Assembly: GCA_002189035.1 (NCBI GenBank)
Contig: NEEC01000002.1
Span: forward strand, 4,464,001 to 4,528,000
From: Utricularia gibba
Lineage: Eukaryota > Plantae > Magnoliophyta
Reading direction: 5' to 3'
Length of the DNA stretch: 64,000 nucleotides
Position numbers and translations under genes: made by a program. Positions 63,101-64,000 of this stretch are shown one piece after another; the stretch's first letter is position 1; each line of letters opens with the position of its first letter. The notes under the pieces are model-generated. The model was not told the origin of the DNA. It saw nothing but the letters and a program-made list of their open reading frames with translations, and made no database searches.

Positions 63101-64000
63101 CATTGTCTGATCTAATCATCTTCAAAGAGCATCCACTCTGATTCTCAACCATCACTTTGAATTTTCGAAAGATATGAGGAACTTCTGACTTGCTTTTAAG
63201 AAAGTAAACCCAACAATAACGTGAATAATCATCAATGAATGTAACAAAGTATCTACTCCCCCCTAATGAACATTCCTTAAATGGTCCACAAACATCTGTA
63301 TGCACAAGCTCTAATTTCTCCTTTGCTACTGAATCACTGGAATAAAAGGCTTTCTATACTGTTTACCTTAATGACACACTTCACATATGGCATTAGCAAA
63401 CTTGATGTCTTTCAATTCCAGTACTTCCTTATTCTTCTGCAATATTTTCAGATTGTTGAAGCTATAGTGCCCAAAACGTTTGTGCCAAAGGCTGCTTTGA
63501 TCTTGAAGTGAGAAAATACAACTTTTATGATCACTGACCATGATTTGGTAGAGGTTGTAGGTGGTCAACACAGCATGGAATTCAATCTTCGTTTTTGGAT
63601 CAGCAACCTTAAATGTAGTGGTTATACCACCAGCATCTTTTATCAGCTCAATGTCAAAACCTTGCCTGCTCAATTGGCCAAAGCTCAACAGGTTCTGTTT
63701 GAGGTTTGGTGAATAATAAACATCATCAACTTGAACAATTCCTTCTTTTAGCAAGAGTAAAATGCTTCCTTTGCCCACAATGCCAATATTTTCACCAGTG
63801 CACGTGCTTACCTCCTTCCCAATCCTTTCAAGCTTGAGAAATGACCTTGTATCACAACATACATGATAGGAGGCGCCAGAGTCCAAGTACCAGCCTTTAG
63901 CATCTGAGGCTACTGTCATTAGAGCACACTCATACTCAAAAGGATCTTCAAAAGATATTTCTGGCTCATTTTCAAAGTAGGTAAAGGATGCATGTGATTT
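60119..64000 (-). mobile_element. Ty1/copia element B (same family as A): 3' LTR 60119-60438, PPT 60439-60447, RNase H, RT, integrase and protease; continues beyond the window
   Basis: YSDSDYG...STAEAEY...KHIRIRYH (RH); YKARLVAKGYSQ...SLYVDDL (RT); HTDVCGP...DNGGEF (INT); WYLDSGASYH (protease). 320-bp TG..CA LTR. The pol frame is broken in several places. Confidence 0.96.

Noticed and set aside
1-64000. CRISPR arrays, rRNA or tRNA genes, telomeric repeats, organellar insertions, prokaryotic defence systems
   Set aside because: No repeat-spacer pattern, TTTAGGG array or recognisable RNA or organellar gene was seen; introns and TE content indicate plant nuclear DNA.

Overview
Plant (angiosperm, probably eudicot) nuclear DNA, AT-rich and dominated by transposable elements; no prokaryote-type system, CRISPR array, rRNA or tRNA gene was recognised. 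Three host-gene loci are present. (1) A secreted thaumatin-like protein (PR-5) at 18771-19871 (+), with an unusual ~55-aa acidic segment between the signal peptide and the domain, and two 1-nt frameshifts that both fall in homopolymer runs. (2) An intact 3-exon PLATZ transcription factor at 31894-32880 (-), 189 aa. (3) An orphan first exon of a GDSL lipase at 34159-34417 (+) whose catalytic Ser is replaced. The left half holds a decayed PIF/Harbinger element (Myb/SANT ORF plus DDE transposase), Ulp1-like remnants, Athila and Tekay fragments, three hAT-type MITEs with 8-bp TSDs, and a hAT element split by a solo LTR. From about 34.8 kb to the end is a nest of LTR retrotransposons whose insertion order can be read from TSDs and breakpoints: a Ty1/copia hosts a Tat/Retand element, which hosts an Athila element; an unclassified ~2.0-2.4 kb tandem unit hosts a solo LTR; a deleted Athila copy hosts a second Ty1/copia. 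The most interesting unexplained items are the thaumatin N-terminal extension, the unclassified tandem unit, a 495-codon chimeric ORF joining that unit to a deleted Athila pol, and a nearly intact non-env extra ORF of the Athila family. All family assignments come from recognising motifs by eye; no database search was run, and coordinates not anchored by a TSD, TIR or splice site are approximate.
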